A stretch of 64,000 bases of DNA from Dipteris shenzhenensis. Lineage: Eukaryota. Location of the stretch: NCBI GenBank assembly GCA_047967505.1, contig CM106538.1; one strand, 5' to 3'. A program made the translations under genes and the position numbers. The notes under the pieces are model-generated. The model saw only the letters and a list, made by a program, of their open reading frames with translations. It was not told the DNA's origin and did not search any database. Of the stretch, positions 12,119 to 25,172 are shown one piece after another (positions within the stretch are counted from its first letter, which is position 1; each line of letters opens with the position of its first letter).

Positions 12119-15100
12119 TGTAACCAAACCTTAAGATACTTGAAATACTTTAGCAATAAAATCACTGCTATTATGACACTCTTGAGCAGTTTGCAACACA
12201 CTAAACAGCTTCTGAAATAAATCGCAATATGGCTCCACTTCTTGGAATAGCTTGTAGAGGATCTTGGGCACCCTTAGACCAAATCGCAGCAGTGCTAGGC
12301 TCCTTGGAATCAATTTGCAGCAGGTCTGGGTGCTTTCGAGCATCTCTGGGCACCAGGTAGGGATGGAAACCCTAATCGCACCAAGTAGATGATCTTCCGG
12401 AAGGACTGGGAACTATATCGCTGCAGCTGCACTCTTTCCGGGCACTTGTACGCGTCAAAGAGTCAAAGGTATGATGCTGGAATGAATTGCAACTCAGCCT
12501 AGGAGTAGAAGTGAATCACAGCAATAGAAAGAGGGGTCTGGGAGAGAGAAAGAATACAAGACACCGCACTAGGGCCTACAAATAAGGGCTGGACCCCCCC
12601 GAAGGTCTTTATTGCAATAGCATAATCTTTGTACTACTGCTCACGATTTGCACAACTGGCTCACGAAAGAGCATAAGCCTGAGTACAATCTTGAATGAAT
12701 CTGGGAGGCCAGGGGCCTTTTTTATAGACTAGGCCTAGCAAAAAGCTAGGGCCTTCTTTCTAAAAGCTGCTTTTACAAAAAGCCAAGATTTTAGTCTCTT
12801 TTCTTTTAATCTGGTTCTCTGGAGCTTTTAGGTGCCTTTTAATCTTGTGAGCTCTCCTTTTAATGAGGTGCCTCCTTGTCTTTACTTTTTGAGCCTTGTG
12901 GGACTTGCTTTTTACACTTTTCTCCCCACTCTTGGGTCCTTTTTGCACTCTCTTAGGTCCTACACATGGCACAAACAAATTCCAACATACCCATTAAAGG
13001 TTAGCGAAATGCATGCATTTCTAGTTCTTGAACTAATCCTAGTTCCTTGTGGGCATCCCCACAGTTCTCTTTTACCATTGCAAAGCAAAAGTAGTAAAAC
13101 TTATTCTAGTGAACCAAAGTCTGTTTTCTTTGATCGTAGTCAATCTGATAAAGACACTTCTTTATTTCTTGGGAGAAATACCAATTGGTGACTTGGCAAG
13201 ATAACCGTTGATAAACTTGCCTCTAGGTGCTTTTCTTCTTTGTGCAGTACACAATCTGTTCTTGTTGGAGGGTCTCCTCCATCTCTTCCACCTTAAGTGG
13301 ATCTTGGAATACGGTAATTGCTGGTCATTGGCTTAGATTAGTCTTGTGGCATTCTCTGCTCCTTTTGGCCGACTGGCCTTCCAGGGCACTACGCAACCAC
13401 ACGCCCCTGTTTTTGCATTTAAAACTCTTTCTTTCCACATGGAAGTTCTTGCTTTTCTTTGGCATTTCTTGCTCTTTAAGAGCACTGGGCAGCCATAGGC
13501 CCTTCTTTTTCACGCTCTTTAAGAGCACTGGACAGCCATAAGCCCTTTCTCGATCTAGTGCCATTCTCGATCATGTCAATATTCTTGGTCCAAATTCCTT
13601 GGAATGACAAAGCTCTTGACATCTTTGTTTTTTAGAATCACCATAATGTCTGTAGATACACTCAGAGAAGTTTCCCATCCAGTACTTATAATGTCCTTCA
13701 TTCTTGGCAAGTTCATGCCCCTTTCACTTGGAGTTGCCTGCTTCTTCTTTGACTTTCACAAGCTGGACTAGAGATAGTTCTGAAATGATTGCTTCTTCCA
13801 AGGGCTCTGTATTCCCCTCGGCTTCTTTGGATGCAACTCCATCTTTAAATCCAAATAAAAAGGAAGCAATAAATCACATGGCCAATATTTGGGCATATCA
13901 CACTCATTGACTTCTCATTCATGACAGGTGTCTTCCTGAAACAAATTCAAGAAAACAGTCCACTTTTCTCCTTGTATTGCCATACAAGAGTTAGATCTTC
14001 ATAAGGCAAACCTTATCAACATAAAGAAGATACTTAGCCTTAATAAAACTATTTCTTGGAATCTTTCCATATCCTCTTTCTTTGAGAATACTCTCAAATC
14101 TTTCTGAATGAAGTGATAATCTCCATACCGATACTCATGCTGGTCAGACATAAACTTGGAGGGTTCTCAAACTTTCCAAAAGGATATATAACTGACATAT
14201 GAACTGTAAAATTCTTCGCTTTGGCCATAATAATCCATGAGAAGCCATAAGAGTTTTTGTATAAAACAAATCCCAATGGAAACTATTGAATAATAGAATC
14301 CTGAAGAAAATACTGGGTCAATAATGACCATAAAATACTGCCATATTGAGGGCTGGTACTTGAGCATGTCATGCTCCATGACAAGAAAACAACAAAACCA
14401 AATATCATAACCGAAACTCCTGCAACTGAGATAATATAACTTGAAACTGAGATACTTGGTCAATAATGACCACATCATACATGGAATTCCACCATAAAGG
14501 ATCAGATACTTGATCATCTCATCATCCATAAGAACATAACTGATGATCATGACTAGTTATCATAACTCAATTCCCTAATTGAAGATCATAAAATCAGGCG
14601 CATGACTATCAACTTGCCAACTTTGAACATACTACCCTCAAATAGGGTCTGATCTTGAATCTATCATGAATCTAACTCTTCAATTCTTAAAAGATATACA
14701 AGTAGTCCAAATTCCCTAGTGCCGAGCCTCCAAACAGGAGTGCCCCACCTTCTTGGATGTGTATTAGTTTACAAACATGAGCGCTCCACCTTCTCGAGCA
14801 AGAATCATGTCACAGTCGGTGCGCCTCACCCTCCCAACACTTGAACTGATACAAAAACAGGTGTGCCTCACCTTGATTCACAGCTCCGTGCTAGCCTTGG
14901 ACCGTTTCCACCAAGGAAAATGGAAATTCTATGCTCTAATACACTGTAACCAAACCTTAAGATACTTGAAAATACTTTATAAAATCACTGCTATTATGAC
15001 ACTTTTAAGCAGTTTGCAACACACAAAATAGCTTCTGGAACAAATCGCAATATGGCTCTACTCCTTGGAATAGCTTGTCCAGGATCCTGGGCACCCTTAG

Positions 15101-16347
15101 ACCAAATCACAGCAGTGCTAGGCTTCCTGGAATCAATTCGCAGCAGGTCTGGGTGCTTTGGACTCAATTCGCAGCATCTCTGGGCACCAGGTAGGGCTGA
15201 AAACCCAGTCACAGCAAGTAGATGATCTTCCACGAGGGCTGGGAACTGGATCGCTGCAGCTGCACTCTTTCTGGGCACTTGTATGCATCAAAGAGTCGAA
15301 GTTATGATGCTGGGATGAATCACAGCTCAACCTGGGAGGAGTAGAAGTGAATCACAACAATAGAAAGAGGGGTTTGGGAGAGAGAAAAACTACAAGACAC
15401 CACATTAGGGCCCAGAAATAAGGGTTAGACCGTCCCGAAGAATAGCTTGTACAGGATTTTGGGCACCCTTAGACCAAATCGCAGCAGTGCTAGGCTTCTT
15501 GGAATCAATTCGCAGCAGGTCCGGGTGTTTTCGCAGCATCTCTGGGTACCAGGTAGGGCTGAAAACCCTAATCGCAGCAAGTAGATGATCTTTCAGGAGG
15601 GCTGGGAACTGGATCGCTGCAGCTGCACTCTTTTTGGGCACTTGTACGTATCAAAGAGTCGAAGATATGATGCTGGAATGAATCGCAACTCAGCCTGGGA
15701 GGAGTAGAAGTGAATCACAGCAACAGAAAGAGGGGTCTGGGAGAGAGAACAAATACAAGACACCACATTAGGGCCCAGAAATAAGGGTTGGACCCCCCCC
15801 TAAGGTCTTTATTGCAATAGAATAATCTTTGTACAACTAGCTCATGAAAGAGCATAAGTCTGCGTACAATCTTGAATGAATCTAGAAGGCCAGTGGCCTT
15901 TCTTTTATAGACTAGGCCCAGCAAAAAGCTAGGGCATGTTTTCTAAAAGCTACTTTTACAAAAAGCCAAGCTTTTAGTCTTTTTCCTTCTAAATTTGGTG
16001 CTCTGGAGCTTTTAGGCACCTTTTAATCTTGTGGGCCCTCCTTTTAATGAGGCGCCCCCTTGTCTTTAGTATTTACTTTTCTTGGGTCCTTTTTGCACTC
16101 TCTTAGGTCCTACACATGGCACAAGCAAATTTCAACACTCTAACCCATTAAAGGTTAGCGAAATGCATGCATTCCTAGTTCTTAGACTAATCCTAGTCCC
16201 TTGTGGGCGTCCCCACACTTCTCTTTTACCAATCCAAAGCACAGGTAGTAAAACTTATTCTAGTGAACCAAAGTCAATTTTCTTTGATCATAGTCAATTT
16301 GATAAAGACTCTTCTTTACTTTTGGGGAGAAATACGAATTGGTGACA
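12119..16347 (-). mobile_element. Non-autonomous LTR retroelement (LTRs 12119 to about 13193 and 14945-16347)
   Basis: Both LTRs start TGTAACCAAACCTTAAGATAC and end AATTGGTGAC(A). The TSD is GCTGC (12114-12118) / GTTGC (16348-16352), one mismatch. A degenerate iMet PBS (GCTCTAATACAC on +) abuts 14945. The 1.75-kb interior has no intact gag/pol ORF. Confidence 0.85.
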
Positions 16348-17299
16348 GTTGCTTATGCTTGGGCACTGATGACGACGTAAGTGTTGCTTTGCTTGCTAAG
16401 TATGTCTACCTTTTGTTTTTCCCAAAAAATTTGTTACCTCATTTTTCTTCCTTTCATTTTCTCTTTTATTTCTTTGTAGAATTTTGGTGTTTAAAACAAC
16501 AAAATTCTGAATTTGTAGTCTTACAAAGGTATATAATATAGAATAATGTTCTAATGTCTACTAATCACAAATTAGTGATTTTTCATCATGACACTTCCTC
16601 CTACTTGAATCGGCAGATTCCTCTTCTGAATCCTCTCGTCTCTTTCTCTTGCATACACTTTTACTCAGATGATCCACTGCCATAACAATTCGGTTAGTGT
16701 CCATCATAAATACAAATACATGCTACACCATTATATTGGCATATAATATATAATAATGTTCTAATGTCTACTAATCACAAATTAGTGATTTCTCTTGTCA
16801 TGACACCCAATGAGGGGAACTAGAAGCTGATTAAACTAGGACTGCAAAAAAGAAGTCAGGAGGAGTTCCTATCATATCTTCTCATGTGTCATATGCCATT
16901 TGTTGGGCATGAGTAACTTGAGCAGCAGCTTGGTGCATTGCAGTGATGGTACCTTGGATGGGGCGTGGTGCTTGCTGGGCTTGTGTTGGAGTCTTCTACT
17001 GACCAGGCGTACTTAAAAGTTAAGGTCCTGATACCCACTTTTCCCATCCACTTTTTCTTATATGATGAAGTCGTTTGTGATCTCTAGCTGTTTGGGGCCA
17101 TGCCTCATGGCAGGTCTCATGAGTCTAGAACTAAGTCAGGGAACCTTGTGTATGAATAGTGCAGCACATCTCTGACCTAGATAGTCAATGACTTTGTTCA
17201 TATCCGTGTATCCATGGGTAAAAAGGTAGTGATACTCCCTCGTATCTCATAATACCTAGGGTGACACCCTTTGTGACATGTCACAAAGGGTGTAGAGCC

Positions 17300-18560
17300 T
17301 CAAATCTCTATAGTGTCGTATGGCTGTAATCTCGTGACCTGCCTTGATCTTCAATCTATGAGAGGAAGTCCTCTGCTGGCCCATGGTGATCCGGGTGCTC
17401 AATTGGAGGAAATGCTCTCTGTAGAAGGCCATCTTGGTGCCGTGTGGTTGCGCAGGAGATACATGTAATTTTTTTGCAAGATGACCTATGTCAAGTCTTT
17501 ATCCATGTCTTATGGATGTGTACTTACGATACGCATCTGATGAGTGTCCTACTATGTCAGACACAGGGAAGGAACATCTACTAAGTACTAATATGGTGGT
17601 AAGTGGTGGATAGACATGTCTGTGATCAGAACCATTTGAAGACTCGTGCATACCAGCAGTGTTTATCTCCCTTAGCTACAATATGTATAGACGATACCTG
17701 GCATTTGTGTGGAGGGGTTTCGCAACAAGCTCTGATACAATGATGTCATGTGGAGTACATCTCTTCCCCTGGATCATACGAGATAGCATCATGACCTGTA
17801 GTCCTTCAAAATCCGTTCACTCATCCTCTTTGAAGCCAAAAAGCATTTGCACATAAGACCGCTGGTCAAATTAGAGAATCAAAGAGTAGTGATATCATGC
17901 TCATGTGCTGGAAATGTGCTTTAAAGCAGTCTCTCGAGTCATGATAAATGATGGCATGCCCTCTGGTCAACATGCATGTGCTGTTGGTTTCATGGTAAAC
18001 TCGGGACCTGTGAAGCTGAGCATCATTCGTGCTCATTCGTTGAAGATCATAACCTTAGTTTTACTGGGTTGACCTTCATGTCTTGGCTCTCACAAAAGCT
18101 TGCAAGGCTGTCAAATGCATCTGTAGCCCCTCTGCTGTGTCTGAGATCAGCAGCACACCGCCTGCATACAGCAGGATATGTATGACAGACTGTGCCAGGG
18201 TCAATCCTTGCGTATCCAGAAAAGAGGCCAGCTCATCAATGTAGAGGCTGAAAGAGCGTGGGGGAGGGGACACCCCTGCTTTACCCAATGTTGTTACTTA
18301 CCTTCTCTGACAACCCCCTGCGGTGTGCACTCTGCCTGTGACCCTCTCATACAAAGCCATAATTGCCCATATAATGTCATGTGCCTATTGCGTAGTCTTT
18401 CCACATTTTACCTTTAGCCCACTGTGGTTGCAGAAATGTTCCAAGACTTTCATGAGTTGCTGGGTGGTCCTCCCCCTTCAGGTTTGGCACTTGGGCCTTC
18501 CTGTGTGTTTCCAGGAATTGGTCTGCATGCTTCCTGCTGTGCAGGTGTGAGGCCCCTACG
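17300..18560 (-). mobile_element. Degenerate non-LTR retrotransposon (RTE-like LINE) RT fragment
   Basis: The minus strand at about 18076-18290 reads (with a frameshift) VKQGCPL.PTLFSLYIDEL...ILLYAGGVLLISDTAEGLQMHL, a decayed QGCPLSP...LLYADD RT core. Boundaries are approximate. Confidence 0.7.
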
Positions 18561-18784
18561 TAAAGGGGAGTGAGATGTGTTCTTCTGTTTGCAAGGATGA
18601 TATCCCTTTTCTACGTAATCCAATTGGCGAATTGTATCATAGTGTAGTTCTTACTACTACTATTTATAAACAAGGACGGTCTCATGGAGTGATAACATTG
18701 CGATATTAATGTCAAGGCCACTTGAATTAGGACCATAATGAAAGTAAAATTCAAGCAGAAAGAATTGTGTAGTGGATCTTTCAG

Positions 18785-18870
18785 GTGGTGATACATATTA
18801 CAACAGAAAGCACAGCAAAGGGACATGTTATGGATTCCTACTTTCTCATGCAATTAAACTTCATCTTGAT
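18785..18870 (+). CDS. Candidate penultimate exon of the HemK2 gene
   Basis: Acceptor CTTTCAG| and strong donor |GTAAGT. It is open in a frame ending in phase 0, which joins the 19259 exon in frame. It has no in-frame ATG. Confidence 0.35.
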
Positions 18871-19258
18871 GTAAGTAGGGGTGAATGCTCAATTGTGTGG
18901 GTCCGTGTGGATATGTGTAAGAGCGTATGTTTATACTATGGTTTACACTGTTGGGCACTGATGATGTTGGTGACAGAGTTTGTGGTTTTCAACCTTGTGG
19001 GTCACTGTCACTGTAGTATATTTATGGCCTCCCTAGTTCTTTGCAAGGGCTCTGTTTTGACCTGTTTCCATAACTCAGTGGCTGGGTTGAGCTTATCATC
19101 TTCCTTTGGGTTTTTGGTTGCTCTAAGTTTGAATGGGATTCTGTTGCCTTGAAAATAACTCCAGTGGATATGTTCTTGTCTTCTTTAAGTGAATTATGTG
19201 GGAAGGTACAATCTACGCTACCTCCACTTTAGTGTGATACCAATTCTCTGAGTTGCAG

Positions 19259-20020
19259 GTTCCCTCTCCTCAAAGAAAAAGTGCAGATATACGACTTCTT
19301 GGACATGACCCTGAGGTTTATGAGCCTTGTGATGACTCTTTTGCACTTGTTGATGCTCTCCTTGCTGATAGAGCTCATTTGAGAGATCTTCAACCAAGTA
19401 TATGTTTGGAGGTGGGATGTGGCAGTGGCTATGTTATCACTTCTCTTGCACTGATTCTTGGTGATGATAAAGACAAGGTGCAGTTTTTGGCTACTGATAT
19501 CAGTGAGGCAGCAGTAAAGGTCACAACTTGTACCCTTACAGCCCACCATATAGATGCTGATGTCATTGTCACAGATCTTGTGTCAGGACTTGAGAAACGC
19601 TTAAGTGGGGCAGTTGATGTGCTTGTGTTCAACCCTCCTTATGTGCCGACTCCAGAAGAAGACGTGGGGCTAGATGGGATCATTTCTACATGGGCTGGTG
19701 GGGATCGTGGTCGTACAGTGATTGATCGCATGCTGGCAGTTGTAGACTCACTCTTGTCAAGCAAGGGGTGGTTCTATCTTGTTACTGTAGCAGCAAACAA
19801 CCCTGGAGAAATCTGCCAGATTATGAGGCGAAAGGGTTTTGCATCACGGATTGCTATCCAGCGTTACACAGAGGAGGAGAGCCTGCATGTGTTGAAATTT
19901 TGGAGAGAGGCTTTGAGGGATTCGTCAGATTTTGGAGGACCTACATCCCCTTATTCTCGCACATCCTTTCCGCAGATCTCTCTGTCTCGACGGTTTTCAC
20001 GTCTAGTATCATTCAAATAA
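19259..20020 (+). CDS. N6AMT1: HemK family methyltransferase (HemK2/N6AMT1/MTQ2-like eRF1 glutamine methyltransferase), main terminal exon
   Basis: VYEPCDDSFALVDAL, SAM motif I LEVGCGSG, NPPYVPT and WAGG..GR are family hallmarks. The ORF starts at a TTGCAG| acceptor with an in-frame TGA at 19235, so the ATG must lie in an upstream exon. Confidence 0.92.
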   Translation, partial: VPSPQRKSADIRLLGHDPEVYEPCDDSFALVDALLADRAHLRDLQPSICLEVGCGSGYVITSLALILGDDKDKVQFLATDISEAAVKVTTCTLTAHHIDADVIVTDLVSGLEKRLSGAVDVLVFNPPYVPTPEEDVGLDGIISTWAGGDRGRTVIDRMLAVVDSLLSSKGWFYLVTVAANNPGEICQIMRRKGFASRIAIQRYTEEESLHVLKFWREALRDSSDFGGPTSPYSRTSFPQISLSRRFSRLVSFK

Positions 20021-20063
20021 TGCTATTTAAGATTTGTCGTACAAGCTCCTTTTGGACCTGAAG

Positions 20064-20163
20064 CTACATTTTGGCGAGTGTCACACGACGATTGATTTAC
20101 CTTTGTATGATAACTACATTTTGGCAAGTGTCACACGACGATTGATTTACCTTTGTATGATAA
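20064..20163. repeat. 50-bp tandem duplication in the HemK2 3' region
   Basis: CTACATTTTGGC(G/A)AGTGTCACACGACG...GATAA occurs twice with 1 mismatch. Confidence 0.9.
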
Positions 20164-22126
20164 CAAGTGATGCTTAGGCATTATATGTAAAAATGTTCCT
20201 ATCATTTGGGCACAACTGGGAGACCATTTTGTAAAAATCATGGCCACTGTTGGATGTATCATGCAGTTCTTCTGACGGGACATACTGTTGGCAATCTATG
20301 CTTGATGGCAAGACTAATTGGAACCCTTTTTATAATACTGTTTCTGCTGAGAAGAAAAATGTCTGTTTTTCAGTTTGACAATTAGCTATCATGTGATAAA
20401 TACTTTATGTACATGGCTGCTTTTGTAGGGGGCTCTTGTTCTTAGATTGAGGGGCTCACCATTTACGATGTGACCTCTTGCTGTATGGATCTTCCTTTTG
20501 TATATAAAACAAGGCGCAAAGCTACCAAACATAAGAGCATCTGTAATCTTTGCATTGTAGTTTTTAGTTGGAACTTGGAGAAACTGTGCTGGGGAGCTCA
20601 GGTTAACCCTTTTTTCCTTTGTGTGCGGATCTGGGGGGCAGAGAAGAAAATGCAGGACGGTTGAAAATCAAGATCTATAGAGCTATTGTGTCCCATGTAC
20701 ACAGTACAAGAGAGGGAGAGATTTTTCATTGGACTAACCATGTAACCAGAATTAGGGTTAAGGCCATTAGAACGTAGGACTGGCATTTAGGAGTAGTCTA
20801 ACCTGAGGTTGGTACTAGCCAGGGCTGAAAAGGTCAAACCTAACTTTGGCCCAAACTAAGGGTTGGAGAGCAGTCTAATCAAGGGTTAGACATAATCTAG
20901 CATTGGTCAGGTTGGAGCTAGCCTGGAGAGCCTTGGAAAGTGCTGTTCCAAGAAAAGTGAATAATTTGAGGAAAATGGGCATTGTGTGGAAAATAGGCCA
21001 TTTAGGGCATAGCTCTTATAATTTAAGATAGCAAAGGTGTAAGGCTAGGCTTATAAAGACAAGCCAAGGGCTCATTGCTCAGGACATCTCGTGGGAGGTG
21101 GTTCCCAAGCATGTGGACTCGGTCAATACTAGCAGCTTGGTGGAACGGGCATGTGGTATGGGGCACGTGCATTGTCAACAAGTGGACTAGCTTTCTATTT
21201 GACCTAGACCTCAAGCTTGGGGGTGGTTGGAGGTACCAAAATAGTGGCTAGGAGGGGAGCACGCTAGCTCAATCCTTGGGGGCTTGGTCACCTATGCTCA
21301 ATGTATGTACTCTTCACTATGGTTTGATAGATCAACATATTGAAACTCAAGGCATTTGCCTTAGGCATGGGAATAATATTGGTGCCTTGATTTGGTTACT
21401 TGAATCATTTGATAGTCCATATATCAAGTAATACTCGTTCTACTCAATTGCAATTTGTAAGCGTTTTGATCTTAGGTTTATTATCCACACCCAAGAGAGC
21501 ATGAAGCAGAGTCAAATTACCATTGTAATATGAAATTGCAAATTTAGGCAATAAGTTGATAATATGGACTAGAAGGACACTATCTTGGTTTGGTGAAATT
21601 TGTAGCCAATGCTCTAGATTGTGAAGTGAAAGAGGACTAATATGGCTTGATGGAGATTATCTTAGCAACTTGGGTGTGTTTGTTGGTGACTATTGGTGAA
21701 GCATGGAGATTATATTAGCCTAAGTTCGATCATTGGATCTAATAACGACAAAGCAATACAACAAGATATAACTTGATGGCAAAACACAAGGCCGATGGAA
21801 CTATGCTGCTAGCCTAAACATTCTGCAATCAAAATTGATTTTAGAGAAGTTTTGGATCGACATTATGAGGCAAACAAATGCAGTGCGATGCTACGAGAGT
21901 AGGAGGAGATATCCCACATGAGGACAACATGGATTAAGGGAAGAGAAGGCATGGAGTGTTGGAGTGAGAGACTGTCCGGAGACCACACGCTATGGAGATG
22001 TTGACCAAAGCATACATGATAGAGGTTCAACCCATCCCAGCTCTACTTAGAGGGGAATGTTTGAGCCACAAGGCTTCACTCTTGATATGGCCGATTGGAT
22101 ATATAGATCACAAAACTATGCCCCCC

Positions 22127-22365
22127 GCCACAGTGAGAGAGGACCTAACAAACACAAATATGAGATTTCTTTGTAGCTCACTGGAGAGCCACTATGGCAC
22201 CTGGCTATGTATTTTGAGTACTAGTCCACTAGATACAGAGATCACAGAACTACGCCCCTTGCAAGTTGCCACAGTGAGAAATGACTCGACAAACATAGAT
22301 ATGAGATGTCTTCGCAGCTCACAAGAGAGCCACCATGGCACATGGCTATGTATTTTGAGTACTAC
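22127..22365. repeat. Diverged tandem repeat with a 141-bp period
   Basis: GCCACAGTGAGA...GGCTATGTATTTTGAGTACTA starts at 22127 and again at 22268. Confidence 0.8.
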
Positions 22366-22514
22366 TTTTGAGTTTGAGTTTAGCACCCAGCAAAGGGCGC
22401 TAGCGAGCTTTTTGCCTCAGCCCACAGTGGCTTGTATGAGTTACCCTTGGATTCTAATTTGTCTCATAGGCCCGCGAGCCCTTCCAAAGACATTAATAAA
22501 TCTTTCTTCTTAAT

Positions 22515-22568
<54 letters not shown>

Positions 22569-25126
22569 CCCAAATGATCTTCTCCCATCTATCCTCACCT
22601 CTTATGGAGGTCACCTCTCCTCTGGTCCCTCTTCTTTTCTCCATTGGTGGTGTGGAACTCAAATTCAACATCAATAAACCTTTTCCCTAATATCTTCTTG
22701 AAATTATCTAGGCCCTTTTATCGTGTTTCTTGATCTCCATATTTTTATGACTCTAGGTCTTTTATTGCTTTACTTTCTTCACAAAAGATTCAAGTGGGAA
22801 GAAGAAAGGTTGTCTCACTCTTGTCTCACCTCTTAGGCTCTCCTTAGGCCCAAATAGGGATTTGATGCCAAAGCCTCATAATATACCACTCAAACAATAC
22901 AAATGTACATCTACTCAAGAAACAAAACTTTTATACATCTACTCAACAAACAAAACTTTTGTACTTTTTTAAATTTAAGTGTTGTTCTTTCTTGTTTATA
23001 AAAAATTTTGTTAGTCCATATGTGCTAATAATTATATGCTAGCATATTTGTTAGCATTGGTTTAATGTTAGCACGTATGTGTTAATGATCGTTTGCATGC
23101 TTAATTTAATGGGTTGCTTTGATGGATTTGTTTCAATCACAATGGGTTTGCTTGGTGAATGATTATATACGTAACTTGAAAGAAGTATTTTAAAGAGTCA
23201 AGTACATACAACTTACATTAAATATTAAACTATTAAGAACAAGTTAATATATGAACAAGTACATGAAGATGTTATGCATTCAAATAACTTCCAATTACAA
23301 GGACATTCATCTTATAGAGGTTAAGAATCTGGAGCCATTAGCTATTGTGGGAGCATCAAATTGCCAATCCCAAAATCATATATAGAAAACATGGAAACTC
23401 AGCCCGCTACCCAACAAAGTGGACATAACCTACGTGCTTACATGGCTTGTAGCAAGAAGAAACCTATGGCTACAAGGTGTAACATAGAACCCGCTAGATG
23501 CATCAAAAACTACCCGACACACTAGACATAGTAATGCATCTTTGATGCCTTCAATAAGGGACCCCATCGAGCAAGATGGTGACAAACACTACCTGCAAAG
23601 AGGCTCAGTGCTCCATTCACTCTTGTCATAGACACACGTTCAATTTCTTTAAGCTTACCAATTGTACTAAGAGCCATCACAGTCTTCTGGGCCACTTCAT
23701 CTATTATTTGTCTTTTCAAGCGTTGGCTCTCATCAAAATGAGCTTCGTTTTCCTCACTTTCGCTTAAAAGCTGCCTGAATCTCATTGGCATGCTGCTCTT
23801 CTTCTTCAATCTCTTCTCATGTTTATGGTCTCTTATGTGTTCTTTTACTTCTCGATGTGGCTCCTTTCCTGACATTGGAAACGGTAGAAGGTGTTGTGTG
23901 AAGTTAGAAGGTGGATGCTGTGTGAAGATATTGGTTGATGCAAGCAAAATAATATGCATGCATAGATTCAAGCACAAGGCGCAAGCATGCAATGATATAG
24001 ATTGCATGTGTGTTTGTTGTTTTGATAGTTAGCTTACAATTTTCATGCATGCAACACAAAAAATGACATGCATTCAAATTAAAAAATGACAAAAACCACC
24101 CCTCTCTTTGAGATTTTACCTCTTGAATGAAAATCATTGCAAAATGAAGCAGCGGTATCCTTATATACTTAAGGCAATACTAGTACCATGCTACACAAGA
24201 CTATACCATTGGTACATCTCTAATATCGATGGTAGTTATCACACTATTGGCAGTATCACACAATATACCATCAATAAATGTAAGATTACAACCGGTGGAA
24301 TTTGTGCCTGGTTTCGCCAACGATGCATTTCTCTTATTGGTGCACGAGGATATTTAACAATTATGATATTTATCAATGATAAACATCTTTGTATCGGCAG
24401 TACAATGTGCTAGTACCACCAATAAAGGTCATAATATTGGTGGCGATTGCCAATTTCTTATTTTTCTTGACCGGGAAGGTTTTGTCATCATCGTGTGTGT
24501 GAATTTGTGAAAAGGGAGTTCACGAATACAAATCATAGAAAAATTTACATGATTACATGAATATCCCATCCCTTTTCTCACAACCCCATAAACACCTTAC
24601 AAGGTCAAAAACCAAATATTTTGGCCCAGGTGTAAAAAAAGGATGGTAAAAGAGGCCCCCTACTGCCATCCATCTAGCTAAATTGTGTATGATATTATCA
24701 CATCCTCCTCCATGAACATTTGGGAGATTTTTTTAATCAAATACATTTTATAGGTAGGTGAAACGTTTCCAAGGTAGAGAAGAAAAGAAGAGCATTTTCC
24801 TTATAAAGACATAGTTGGTTGTTGCTGTTCAACTCTTTCCTAAAATATAATCCTAAAATTCCCTTAAATATAATTTAAAATTTTATAAGGTAAAGAACAT
24901 ATTTTGGGAAATTTTTCATTCAACTTTTGTATAGAGAGTTATGACACTAAGGTATCAAGGAAAACAAGACCATGTTCAATGAAGTCCTAATTGGCTATTG
25001 GCAGCCATGTCTTCTCTAAAATGTCAACTAAGTTTAAAGAATAAGGGGGAAAGCACGAAGGCTAATACAGTTTGGTAAATTTAGCATTTGAATAGAAGTA
25101 ATGGCTTTTGTAAGGGGGTTCTAAGA

Positions 25127-25172
<46 letters not shown>

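Noticed and set aside
21992-22513. 173-aa ORF with an internal 47-aa repeat
   Set aside because: It is explained by a 141-bp tandem duplication in repeat-like DNA and has no domain.
23522-24007. 161-aa minus-strand ORF with a charged segment
   Set aside because: I cannot assign a family or gene structure. It may be a DNA-transposon relic, but that is unsupported.
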